Of a stretch of 64,000 nt of DNA, positions 24,805 to 36,156 are shown piece after piece; the stretch's first letter is position 1; each line of letters begins with the position of its first letter. The stretch covers positions 61,320,001 to 61,384,000 of the forward strand of contig NC_045707.1 of the NCBI RefSeq assembly GCF_009834535.1, given 5' to 3'. The position numbers and the translations under genes are program-made. A model generated the notes under the pieces. That model made no database searches. It saw nothing but the letters and a program-made list of their open reading frames with translations, and was not told the DNA's origin. The DNA comes from Camelus ferus. Its lineage: Eukaryota.

Positions 24805-26929
24805 CACTGTTTATCGTGAAATTTGATGGGGTAGGGGGTTCACAGACCCCAGAAAACCCACCGATAGCTAGCCTGGGGGCTCCAAGACCCCTGGGTTATT
24901 ACAGATCTCTTTCCTAGTGGCACGTGATAATAGGAATGGTATCAGTGGTTCAATTAAGAAAACACTGCCATCCAAATTTAGGCTTATCAGCATCAATAAA
25001 TTTTAATAACTGAAAGAAACTATCATATTTGTTGTCTTTCTAATTTTCTCTTTATCCCAGAACAAGAATTTTAAGAAGCTTGTTAGTTTTCTCTAGGTAC
25101 TAAAGAGTCACATCCTTGAAAATTTTTTTTGCAAATGTAAGCTTTTTTTCCCCAATTTTTCAAGCACATGCACACATTAGAGATTTATCATATCTGCCAC
25201 TGACTTTAGTTATAATTACATGAAATAAGTGAGTATTTTTTTCTTTGACGTCTAATGTTTCAGATATTTTTAAGCGATACAAATTACTGAAGATATTGCT
25301 ATTCCTTTTGGATTTTCAAACTTCTTGAATGCTGGGTGCCCTTTCATTCCTATCCTAGCATCTTGGTTTTGAGTCAATGGGAACATTTTAATTAGACTGT
25401 CTTTTGATCTTTCAACCAATCTTCAACTCCAGAGAAAGGAAGCAGCCCCTGCCCATCTGCTATCTGTAGAAAGGCTCTAGTACAGAGCTGGATAATAACA
25501 GCAAGATGTCAGATTTTTATGCAGCGCTGCTTCATTGCTATGGGAACCTGGACAACCCTCCTTTCTGAGAATTGTTTTCACAAGGAAATTGCTCCATGAG
25601 ATTTCACTGAACATTTCCATTTCCATTGTCGGATGATTCTGAACATCTCACCTCTTACAGAGGACTGTGATGACACAAAACAGAAAGATGTCTGTCTTTT
25701 TACCCATGTTCAAATTTTAACTGAGCTTTCTATACCTTCTGGTGTTATTAAAAAAAATTATGATGGGGGTAAAAAAAATAGCAATTGATGGAACCATGAC
25801 ATCAGGGCAAAAGTTATTTTAGTTTTTTTAAAAATTTATTCAAAAACTATGGCCTTTGAAAAAAAATTCTTAAAACAAAGATATTTAGTTAGAAAACAAA
25901 TAAGATTGCTTCAGTTCTGGCCTTGTTATCTAAATGGAAAGTTTCTCTTATGTATCTTAGCTGTAAAATTATATTTATAATTTCTTAATCTCATATAAGG
26001 ACCAAATTTTAGTTACTAGTCTTGTGAACTTATGCATAGTGGAGCATCCCATAATACGCAACACTCAAAAAAAAAAACAAAACAAAACACCTTGCCAAAT
26101 GAGATGAACACATACCTTTACAATACTATATTGGTTTAGCATCCCCACATTTTCAAAATGAGTCAGCACATCAACTCCTAGAGCACCTTCCCTCAGCTGA
26201 GACGCGGCCTCGTTTCTACCCCGGTGCAGCACCACTGCTGCTGCTGAGAGATGCAGTGCAGCCCCTGTGGCCAGACTACAGCCTTGAGCTCTGGTCCGTC
26301 TGCAGGAGTCTTCGGGAACTACGGGGAACAAAAATCGTATTATTGCCATCAGTGAGGATCCCCACCTCCCTGAGGCCTTCTCTTCACTGCCTCACCCTGA
26401 AGAACTACAAACCTCTATTTATACTGGGCACCAACTAAGCCCCATGAAACGTCTACTAATCCACACTTCTCCTTTCCCTTGTTAGAGAATTTACCACAAT
26501 ACACTTAAGCCCTCGTCACCAGTCTCGGCGTCAGTTTCTGCTTTCCCTCACTCTGAAATGCCTGCGTGTGTTGTGATCATCTAAGACTTCTATACAGATG
26601 GACCTATGCAGGTACAGGTCTGTTTAGCAGATGCAGGCAGAATTAGTGCTACAAAAATTAGGAAGGAGGCACCATTTGCCTTGTGTAGATTCCCTTCCTC
26701 CACCCCATCTTCTACCGTATCTTGCTTTCAAGCTGTGAAAAAGCACTTTTAACAGGATGTCTGATTATCTTTTAAAAAGGTATATCTGATAATGCCCTTC
26801 CTCAACTTTAAGTGGACCACCATTCCTACTAAGATAAAGGCCAAACTCTAGCATGGTCTCCAGGCCTTGCAAACTCTTGTCCCAGCCTGGCCTCTCTAGC
26901 CCTGTGTCCCCTTGGTCTCCCTGATACCT

Positions 26930-27097
26930 CTGCCATCCATCCACACTTCCATCCACATCCTGCCATCCGTCCACACTTCCATCCACATCCTGCCGTCCGT
27001 CCACACTTCCATCCACATCCTGCCGTCCGTCCACACTTCCATCCACATTCTGCTGTCCGTCCACACTTCCATCCACATTCTGCCGTCCATCCACACT
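26930..27097. repeat. 30-bp minisatellite, about 5.6 copies (ccacacttccatccacatyctgccgtccgt)
   Basis: Directly visible tandem units differing by only a few substitutions. Confidence 0.97.
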
Positions 27098-27169
27098 GGC
27101 CACCTTCCAGTTCCAGGAAGGGATCGTGCTCACTCCTTCCAGGAGGAGAGCCTTTGAACGTGCTGCTCT

Positions 27170-27575
27170 CTCTCTCTTTTTTTTTCCCCCAATTGTGGTA
27201 AAATACACATAACCTACAATTCATCATTTTAGCCATTTTAATGTAGACAACTCAGTGACATTTTAGTGGATTCACAGTGTTGTGTAACCAAACCATCACC
27301 ACTACCAAGTTCCAAAAGGAAACCCCATTCCTATTCAACAGTCCTTCCTCATTCTTCCCTACTCCCGACGCAGGCTACCACTAATCAGATTTCCATCTCT
27401 GTGGATTTGCCTATTGGGGATATTTCGTATAATGGAATCATACAACACATGGTCTTTTGTGTCTGACTTCTTTCACTCAGCCTAATGTTTTCAAGGTTCA
27501 GCCAGGTTGTGGCCTGTATCAGTACATCATTCCTCTTTATGGATGAACAATATCCCATTTAATATCCATTGAACA
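27170..27575 (-). mobile_element. L1MB-type 3' end
   Basis: 'aattgtggtaaaatacacataac', 'tctctgtggatttgcctatt' and 'aatggaatcatacaacacatggtcttttgtgtctgacttctttcactcagc'. Confidence 0.92.
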
Positions 27576-30500
27576 TATGTTATTTTGCCCTAAATGACTT
27601 ACCACTCTTGTCTTCACTTGGTTGTCTCCCGTTCAGCCTTCAGCTGTCAGTCCACATCCTCCGGGAACTTCCTCAAGACTCCTGCTGAGGTGAGGTCATA
27701 TGCACTTTTAGGCCCAGCTTTCTCTTCTGCACAGCTCTCATCTCTGCAATGAAACACTTATCCAGGGTGTCTAATTACCAGCCATCCTCCCAGCTAGAAC
27801 TGAAGATCCATGAGACAAGGAATCTTACCTGTGTTAGCTGTGTTAGTTCTATACTGTAGCCCTAGTGTCTATTACAGGGCCTGGTATATAGATAAATGTT
27901 TGTGAAATAAATGTTGTGAAATTATTTCCTACTAAACAGTAAATAGTTGGCAGCTGCTTAATGTTCTTTCATTATGAACATTTTGGCATTTTGAATCTGA
28001 ATAGAAACAGCATTTTGTGGAGAAACTCCACGGGGGAATTTCCCTGGCAGGGCGTGAAGGGCAGAGTTGTTCTGGGGGAGGGACTCCTTCCTGCTCCTTG
28101 AATTGCAACATCCAGTGTCTATTCCACCTGTAAGTTCAGCTCTCTGAGTCACCATTCCATTCACTCTGAATCTGTCCTGCTTCCTTTTCTTCTGAACTGA
28201 AAAACAGACATATTTGGTTTCATCAGCATCCTTATCTCATCTCTCGAAAAACAGTGATCTGTTATAGGTAATTATCTCTCAACCAACCCTCCTCTCCAAT
28301 ATTTATAGCAAAAGCCTGATTGAAATTTGATGGGTTTCTGTGAAGTCTGCCACTGCAGGAGGCTTTTCTCTTAACTGGGATTGTAATTATGTGTTGGAAT
28401 GTAATCTTCATTAACTCAACGGCAGTGTTTCTTCCCAGTGTTTTCCTGATGTTTGTAATGGGTGTAAAAGTAGTATTTCCTCTTTCATGCCCTTACTTTT
28501 CCGCGTATGCAAACCATATCCTTTGTGCAAGCGTTTGCAGTCTACACAATGCTGTCCTGTCTTTGAGTAATTACATCTGGAAAACTGCCAGTCATTATCT
28601 TCTTAAAGTGATGGTAAATTCTTCTCTAGTATTTACAGACAGATGACAATTAAATCGAGGCCCTGATACAGTAAGAGTACAATTTAACAAATTTACTTGG
28701 TGGCAGCGTTTTTTATTTAATTTTTGTGTAATTACTTATGAGAACATTTCCTCCAGAATGACAGTTCTATGCTACAAATGAGCTGCTTGAAATTTTTCTC
28801 AATGAGGCATCAGATTAAGGGACAGTTGTGCCAAATAAATATATCATTTGCATGTAGAATCACTATTATTTTAGTTTTGGTTTAATATCTGACTTCTTAT
28901 GTCCATCCAATGAAAACTGGATTTTCTGTTGTCCCAGATATAGCTAAAGCTCTCGAATGGTTCTTTTTTCCCAAGGTAGGCGTAGGAGGCTCACTTTAAA
29001 TAAAGTTAATGGCTACTCTTTGAGAGTTGAGCTGTGGATATATATATATATATCCATATAGGTATATAGTGGCTAAACATAAATTTTTTCAGAAAATCTA
29101 AAAAAAAAAATCAAAATGGGTTCCTAAACTCAAGGATTGTCCATAGCCTAATTCATTGTGCTAATGCAATAAATTAAAAAGAAATTACCTAACCATAGAG
29201 GCATTGGGAAAAGGAGATCACCAGAGGCAAACATGGGCAATCTAGATCTAAATAGTCAAGGCTGACTGAGATCTTGGTCCAGCAATCAAGATGAATTGAT
29301 TAGTTGGCCCAAGTAAACAATTCCCAATTGTGTGGCTGGCTATCAGAGTCTGGTTTGGTATATTTTAGGATATTACACAAAATCTTACTTACGCTGATCC
29401 TAATTTGGCATCTCAGAAAGCTTATCTCTGGGAAGAGGATGTGCTGGGAAGGCTAACGTGATTGTCCTGTCCACTTGGGTGTTATATTTCTCATTTTATA
29501 AATTTAAAGATTGTTTTGGTTTTAAACGCATCTTGGTGATGTTTGAGAGAGTGAAAAAAATATGCTCCATCTATATCAACTTTGGAATGAAGAGAAGATT
29601 ATATTTTTTGAGCTTGTCAGATTGAGAGCCAGGCCCCTAGCAGTGCTGAATTCACCAAGGCAAAAGCCGACCTTTGGTACCTTTCTGCTCCTAATGGTGG
29701 CCAGCTCACTCTCCCAACAAAGAACCTCTCTCTTTTACTGTAGGTCTTCTTTTAATTTATCTATCTTTCTTTTTACCCCCAAGGTTTCTCTGAGGACATA
29801 GAGAACCTAATAGGAAGAAAAACTCTTTAAAGAATCCCAAGGTGGAATATTCTTCCTGCCAGTGGTAAGTGACATTAGGCAACTGAAATTTTTTTTTCCT
29901 TAATTTCAATTTCATCATATCTTTAAGCTGGAAATGCGATGTTGTGGTTTCTTCTGGGTATTAAATTAAAACTGTTTTTGAAGTGCCAGCTTAAGATAGC
30001 ATTGACATAATGCAGTCCTCAGTAATTCACCTGACTGGGTTTCAGCTTATTCTTAAAAAAATTGGTTGACAAATACGTACAGTTCTTTGGTTTGGAAAGA
30101 TAGGATTATAGAAGTGCATTCATGGAAGGCAGCTGATGTTTTTTCCCAGGAAGAAGACTACAGATAGGCACATAGATTTGGTCATTGGGCATCCCTTCAT
30201 GTCTAGACTTAGAAAATTAGGAGCTTTTTGGTGTCTATGGCACAAAAGCCTAGACAAGTATAGAAATAGCCTCAGAGCATGGTCACGTGCCAGGAATCGC
30301 CTAAGACTCTGAGTGTGTGAGAAAAAAATGCAGAAAAACGAGGACAGTCACATGCCTACATTCAGTTCCAGAATATGGCTTTAAGATAAGCATATGCTAT
30401 CTCATATCCTGATCTCTTTTTTAAGATCCGGCCTCTCTAGTTCTATTCCCTGAGTAACCAATTACTGGATCAACATGATCAGCAGCTTCCTAAGACGTCT

Positions 30501-31229
30501 GTCTTTCAGGCTGTGGCCAGCACACTCTGGTTTTTAAATCCACTCTTGGTATGCAACGCCATGACTGGGAAAGAATCATTCCATCTACTGTAATAGGATA
30601 ACCTGTGAAAAGATTTATTTAAAGTTGCACGTCAGAAACTTCCATTTACTCGAAGTGTCCTTTCATGTGGGCACTTTTTTTTTTTTTTTTTTTTTGCTTG
30701 AAGGTGGGGTGTCTTTTAATGTTGATGTTGGAAGCCTCCACGAGTGAGGTCTGTGGCTTTTATAATTATACAGGCTTTTAGCAGAAACCACTGGGCGCTT
30801 TCCTCTCTAAATCTGCCTGACTGAAAACTGTCTCCAGCCAAATGACCAATTTAAAGGTCAACGTAAATGCTAACATTAGCTGTTGAAGAAAGACATTCAG
30901 CTGCAGTGGAAGGTGGAAAAAATGTGGTTTATGTACTGTTCCTCCAATTCTTCACAGAAAAAAAGTTTCTTTGGCTTCTTCCTTTTTCAGACTGGGCTTT
31001 TATTGTCTCACATTGTCCGAGGGGTTTTTAAAAATGGGGTTTTTCAATGTCAACACACCCTTGGCATTTAGGGGTTTAAATTACGTAATTGGGGCTCTAA
31101 GGAACTTGCAAGGAAGAACACCAGACTCCCTCATTATGTTAATGGTTTCCCTGAGCTGCTAGGCACGGGCCTCTTTGCAGCTTGGCCTCTCTCTGGGGGC
31201 TGTCCAGGTGCCTTTTCTGAAGTTCAGGT

Positions 31230-31620
31230 GGACAGTGAGGAAGCGCTGTCTAAGGGACACCCGCAAGGAGAGCGCAGGCTGCTCCGCTGAGCAGCGCAGG
31301 CACACAGGTATTCCGCTAACCGAAGCTGCTCGGCGCACGTAGGGACCGAAACCATTAACTGTACCTACCGAATGTCAGGGAACGTGCCGTTTGTGCCTAC
31401 ACGATCGTGATTCTGAATGAAGCATGGATGATCCTTTATTCAAACCCTCAGGAGAGCTCTAGGACCTCACTTTCCCTTCGCACTGCTGCTGTTTTGATCT
31501 TTCGTTTCAGTACTTCCCCGTCTCTGTACGGATTCCAAGTGGGGTGCGTCTGCGCACGCGCGAGTGTCGTGTGCGTGTATGTTTGCGAGCTTGTGTGTGT
31601 GTAGTATATATGTCTTCGTA
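31230..31620. promoter_or_regulatory. Short CpG-rich island (candidate promoter/enhancer)
   Basis: About 28 CpGs by hand count in ~390 bp against a strongly CpG-depleted background; not a repeat I recognise. Confidence 0.6.
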
Positions 31621-31639
31621 TCTTCATAGTTCTCTTCTG

Positions 31640-32040
31640 GACATGTTATCCTGGATCCCTCAAACTGCTCTCAAGATTATTTCCTCTACAACCTTCCGTT
31701 CTTCTTATGCTTCTGGTCTCAACGTATAGCGTCATCATTCACCCATCACACTTGCCTTCGGTCCCATTCACTCTCCCAAGCCCCTTCTGGGCCACCTTAT
31801 TCACTCCTCCCCAAGGCAGTATCATATTGCCCACTTCATTTCCTCCACATCATTCATCCCGTATTTATACAATTAAGTTAGTTTCTTGTTTACTTATTTT
31901 TGTCTGTCTCTCCTACTAGGATATAAGCTCAAGGAGGCAGGCGTCTTTTCTGTGCTATTCCCTGCTATAGCCCTGGGACAATGCTTGACGTGTGGTAGCC
32001 ACTCAATAAATGTTGATTAAATAAAAGAATGAATCAATAC
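31640..32040 (+). mobile_element. L2 3' end
   Basis: 'tgtctgtctctcctactaggatataagctc..ggcagg..actcaataaatgttgattaaat..gaatgaat'. Confidence 0.85.
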
Positions 32041-32079
32041 TTACCCTACTGACTTCTATCTCTGTAATTTCTGGCAAAT

Positions 32080-32950
32080 CACTTTTCCCATCCCTGCTGC
32101 ACCTATGCCAGTTAGAGTCAGTACAATGTTTCAGATTGGCGGCTGCATGGGCCTCCATCCTGCTTTCCTTGCATTCATGCTCACGATTCTCTGAATCATT
32201 ATCTACCTTGTAACCTGGGATCTTTCTAAACTGCAGATTGGCTCTCGGTCATTGGTCTGTTCAAACACCTTAAGTAGTTCCCATTACAATGTGCTTTGCA
32301 AACCTTTCTACAAGGGTCCCCTAATGGCGGAGAAGAGAATGGGGCTGGAGGAGATAGAACCTCCAGTTACCCAGTTACATCACAAGCACAAAATATCTTA
32401 GGAATCTCATGATTTATCTTACAAATGAATGCAAATTTTGCAGTCTACTCCTTTAGTAACAGATATTTTAAATGACTCACCACTAAGCAGAACCAATGCT
32501 TCAGGAAGACGTTTCTTGTTTATCCTGTGGTTTGGGGATATAGGCCGTACCAGGATATCAAAGTCTTGAGAAACACAAAGGCAGATGAAGTTCAGATAAA
32601 TTTATCTGGTGCACAAGGCCCTTTGAAATCTGGTTCCTAATTACCTCTCTGCCCTCACCTCTTGCCATTCTTTTACACTCGCCTAAGCCCTGCTTATTTC
32701 AGTGCCGCGCTCGTGTTCAAGGCTGGGTTTGGTCCTGGTCCCCCTTCTCTGCTCTCCCTTAGAACCTTGTGCATCTTCAACCCAGGCATTATTCGACCTT
32801 ACTGTTTATTTCTGTGTCTGTAGCACTAACCTGTGAACCCTTAAGAAAAAAAAAAGATGTACCTTGTTGTAACCCAAACCTGGTACAATGCCTGGTATAT
32901 CTCAGACACTCCATAAACATCTATGGAATGAATTGGTGAATGAGTGAATG
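32080..32950 (+). mobile_element. L2 fragments, probably split by a degenerate DNA-transposon remnant (~32290-32577)
   Basis: L2 blocks 'gatctttctaaactgcagattgg', 'cacaaggccctttgaaatctgg' and 'ggtacaatgcctggtatat..gaatgaatt'. Identity of the insert is uncertain. Confidence 0.6.
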
Positions 32951-33385
32951 GATTATCACTTGTTCTAAGCAAATACTCATTTAAAGCTATAAGGATCCTT
33001 ATATATGAGAATAAGTGATACTGGATTTCATTACCTCTCCACCTCCCTCTTTTACCCTTCCTTCCCGATAAAGACATGTGAAAAGATAAATTCATTCAGG
33101 GATGATTTGATTGCCAGAACTGAAAACTACTATATTGCCCAAGACCCATGCACCAATCAAAATTTACTAAGGGGTGTAAATTTCAAAGAGCTTCTCTCTC
33201 ACTTGAGAATTTGAAGAATTTTTGAAAGCACAAAGGCTCCTAGCTTGAAGCATCAGTTAAAGAACGGATTTTTGATGGCATTGTTTTTCCCGATCTAGAA
33301 GACACCTCGGAATCAGATGTAATCTGTAAGGGCTTCAGAGGGGAATTGAGCCCAGGCTTAAAAAAGACAGTCAACCTGGCTGTTC

Positions 33386-33410
33386 CATTGTCACATAATA
33401 TGTGACAATG
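33386..33410. repeat. Perfect 12-bp inverted repeat with 1-nt spacer
   Basis: cattgtcacata-a-tatgtgacaatg. Confidence 0.95.
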
Positions 33411-36119
33411 TCAAGAATCATAACTTGTCCACCCAGTATCACATCTGTTTCTAACACTTACTATCACATGTTGTCATTGGGACTGTAAAGTCTGATCAGC
33501 TGGGTTTTCCTTGAATGGTCTGATGAGCTAATCCTAGGGTTCAGTGTCTGCAAAAAAAAAAAAAAAAAAAAAAAAAGCAACACTTTGCCAGTGAAAGTAC
33601 AACTAGTGGGGCCCCTGTGCCTTCAGGGTCTCTTAGAATTATTTTGGCTAAAACCAAACATCACCTGCATTTTATGGAGTTTTCAGTCCTGCATGACAGA
33701 TGCTCAAGAGGAAAGTTCTGCAGCTGCAGTCTTTTTACACAGGAAAGTGGTTTGCTCTTATTAAATGGGGACCAGAGGGAGACGAGGAGGAAGAGGAAGC
33801 AACAGAAAGGGGTCTGGCTCCAAGGCCATCCCATCCCTAGGTGCCGGGTGCATATGGCAGTTGGCTGAGAATTGACATCTAGCAGCTGTGAGTCCCATCC
33901 TCTGAGAGCTCAGAGTCCCTGACCAACACTGGCTCTGATACATGATTAAGCACCATTCGGCCAACTATACAAATATTCAGCAATCAAAATGGACTGAAAT
34001 AAAAGTACAAGCAAATAAGTAAGAATTCTCCACCCCCTACACTGCAGTATAGAATATAAATTGAGATGCTTTCTTTATAAATAGCTCACAGTGGACTTTT
34101 CCTGAACAACTTCACTCATCACCGGCTCAGAGGGTGTCCTTTCTTATGCACGAGCTATGATTTGGAGGATGTTGAGCACATAGGATTCATCATTTAGAGT
34201 GTTTGGTAATTTTGCTACAGTGTTTCCAATCAGTACAGATGAAAAAGGAGTGTATATTTTATTAATTAATGATAATAAATTATTAATTATCTCCGGTTTG
34301 GCAAAGCAGAAGCAGCCTATCTGGAGACTGCTCCACAGACTGGTTTGCAGGCACTTCGTCCTGAGATTACCAGAAGCAGGGTCACAAACAGTCTTTTAGG
34401 CACCACCATCCGTTTTCCGAACAGTGGAGACCCGTGTAGGCTTCTCCTCAGTCACAGCCAGAGCATCTTTGTTTTTATGTTACATTTTCCAGATGTGATT
34501 TTTAAAAAAAAATTTTTAATGTACAGCTGAAAAAGTTTTGGAAAACTACTCAATAATTAGAAAGATAAACAGAGTTAGGCAGACAGAGCGCATATATAGA
34601 ACACTGCAGTTCTGTATTAAAAAACACTGCTTCCAGCCATAAGACTTTGTGAATTTAAACTCTCCTTCACCAACATCCAAATATATTTAAAATATTCTTT
34701 CCCACTTAAAAAAAATAAAAGAATTAATAAATGAATAATGGCCTCCAAATATCCAGTGTCTACCTGTTTCTTTAAATTAGGGGTTATGATTAAGTTACTA
34801 AATTTATGTGCCTATTTTAGATGAGTTAATCTGAAAACCATTGTTTGTATCCATTCAAGCGACTTTCACTAATTTATTTCATGGAGGAAGCAAAAACCTG
34901 TGACTGTGACATGTAAATTCATAGAAATTAAATGCCACTGAGTCCATCCTTGAAGTGGTCTTTTTCAGGACTGAGATTATTGACTAACCCCCAACACTGA
35001 GAATCCATTTCTCAAGCATCCTGACTGACAGACGAGAAAAGCCAAGATCAGAGAGCCGGCTGGGCACTTAAGCAGCCGTGCTCTAAACAGAGGCGAACGT
35101 GGAGATAGCCGAGCACTCCATTTCTCTCTTTCTGGAGAGAAGATAATCCTCTGCTTTCTATTGCAGCTTTTTTTATTTTAAATCACCGTGAAATGAAGTT
35201 CTCACTACATAAGACGTCTCCGAACTCCAGTTATTGACAGGGTTTTACAGGAATCAAAGTCAGGCATCTGGAGTAGACTCTGAGGTCATTTCTCCCCTAT
35301 ACCCTGTGTCCCCCTAGTCATCCACAATCCTGCCAGGACCATCCTGGAGGTGAAGCAATCTTTTTTATTTGTAATAGTTCCAGCACAAGTTATGCAACAG
35401 TTTATTTCTTTAATTTTAATTGGAAATTTACATATATACATACTTCTGTACATTCTATTACCTCCTTTCCTTTAAAATACACAGATACTTTCTAGGAAAT
35501 ATTTCATTTCACAAATGTTATACCCTTTATGAATATCGACTTTCTATTCATTCCCTAAGCTTTCCTTTATTCTGAATTTCTTCCTTTCTCCATTCCTTTT
35601 TCTCCTTAGCTAAACCATCAAATGACTCTCCTACTCTTTTACATTTTTACTGATAAGCAGTTCCTGTAATTAATAACCTTATCTTTCTGTCTGTGAGAAA
35701 AACAAATTTAATGCATTTTAATAAGGAAGTTGGAAGGCTAAGGAGACATTTTATTGCCATGTTGATTTTGATAAGACTAGAAAAAACCAGGTGGGCTGGT
35801 GACTGCTTATAATAATTAGTATTTGCGCACTCTTTTGTTACTCTTGACATTGGCACTTCAGTATTTTTCATAGGTGTGTTTCTAAATACCTAGTTATATA
35901 AAGTAGAATTCATTGGCAAGCAAATCTCATTGAACACAGGATGGTGTTAAAGTCACTTTATCTTTATATCTGATTGGAATCTTGTGTTTATTACTCTCAG
36001 CTGACCAACCAACAGGGCTGAGCCTCAGAAGACATGGTTCCAGCTCCTCCAAAAATGTGCTTTTGATTTGGGGAAAACAGCCTGATTGTGTTTCCTTTTC
36101 TATAAATCAGGAATGAGTG

Positions 36120-36121
<2 letters not shown>

Positions 36122-36155
<34 letters not shown>
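36122..36155. repeat. (TG)n microsatellite
   Basis: Directly visible. Confidence 0.97.

Positions 36156-36156
<1 letters not shown>

Larger units (their letters stand above)
26740..27920 (+). mobile_element. L2 LINE, interrupted by a minisatellite and an L1
   Basis: 'tctttta..tatctgataatgcccttcctc..aagataaaggccaaactc' lies before the inserts and 'ctagaactgaagatccatgagacaagg..gcctggtatatagataaatgtttg' after them. Confidence 0.8.

Noticed and set aside
26765..27236. Long repetitive ORFs (147 and 135 aa) or a CRISPR-like array
   Set aside because: They are produced by a stop-free 30-bp tandem repeat. There are no unique spacers and the context is eukaryotic.
33551..33576. Poly(A)26 as a retrocopy tail
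   Set aside because: No upstream polyA signal, element body or convincing TSD; treated as a mononucleotide run.
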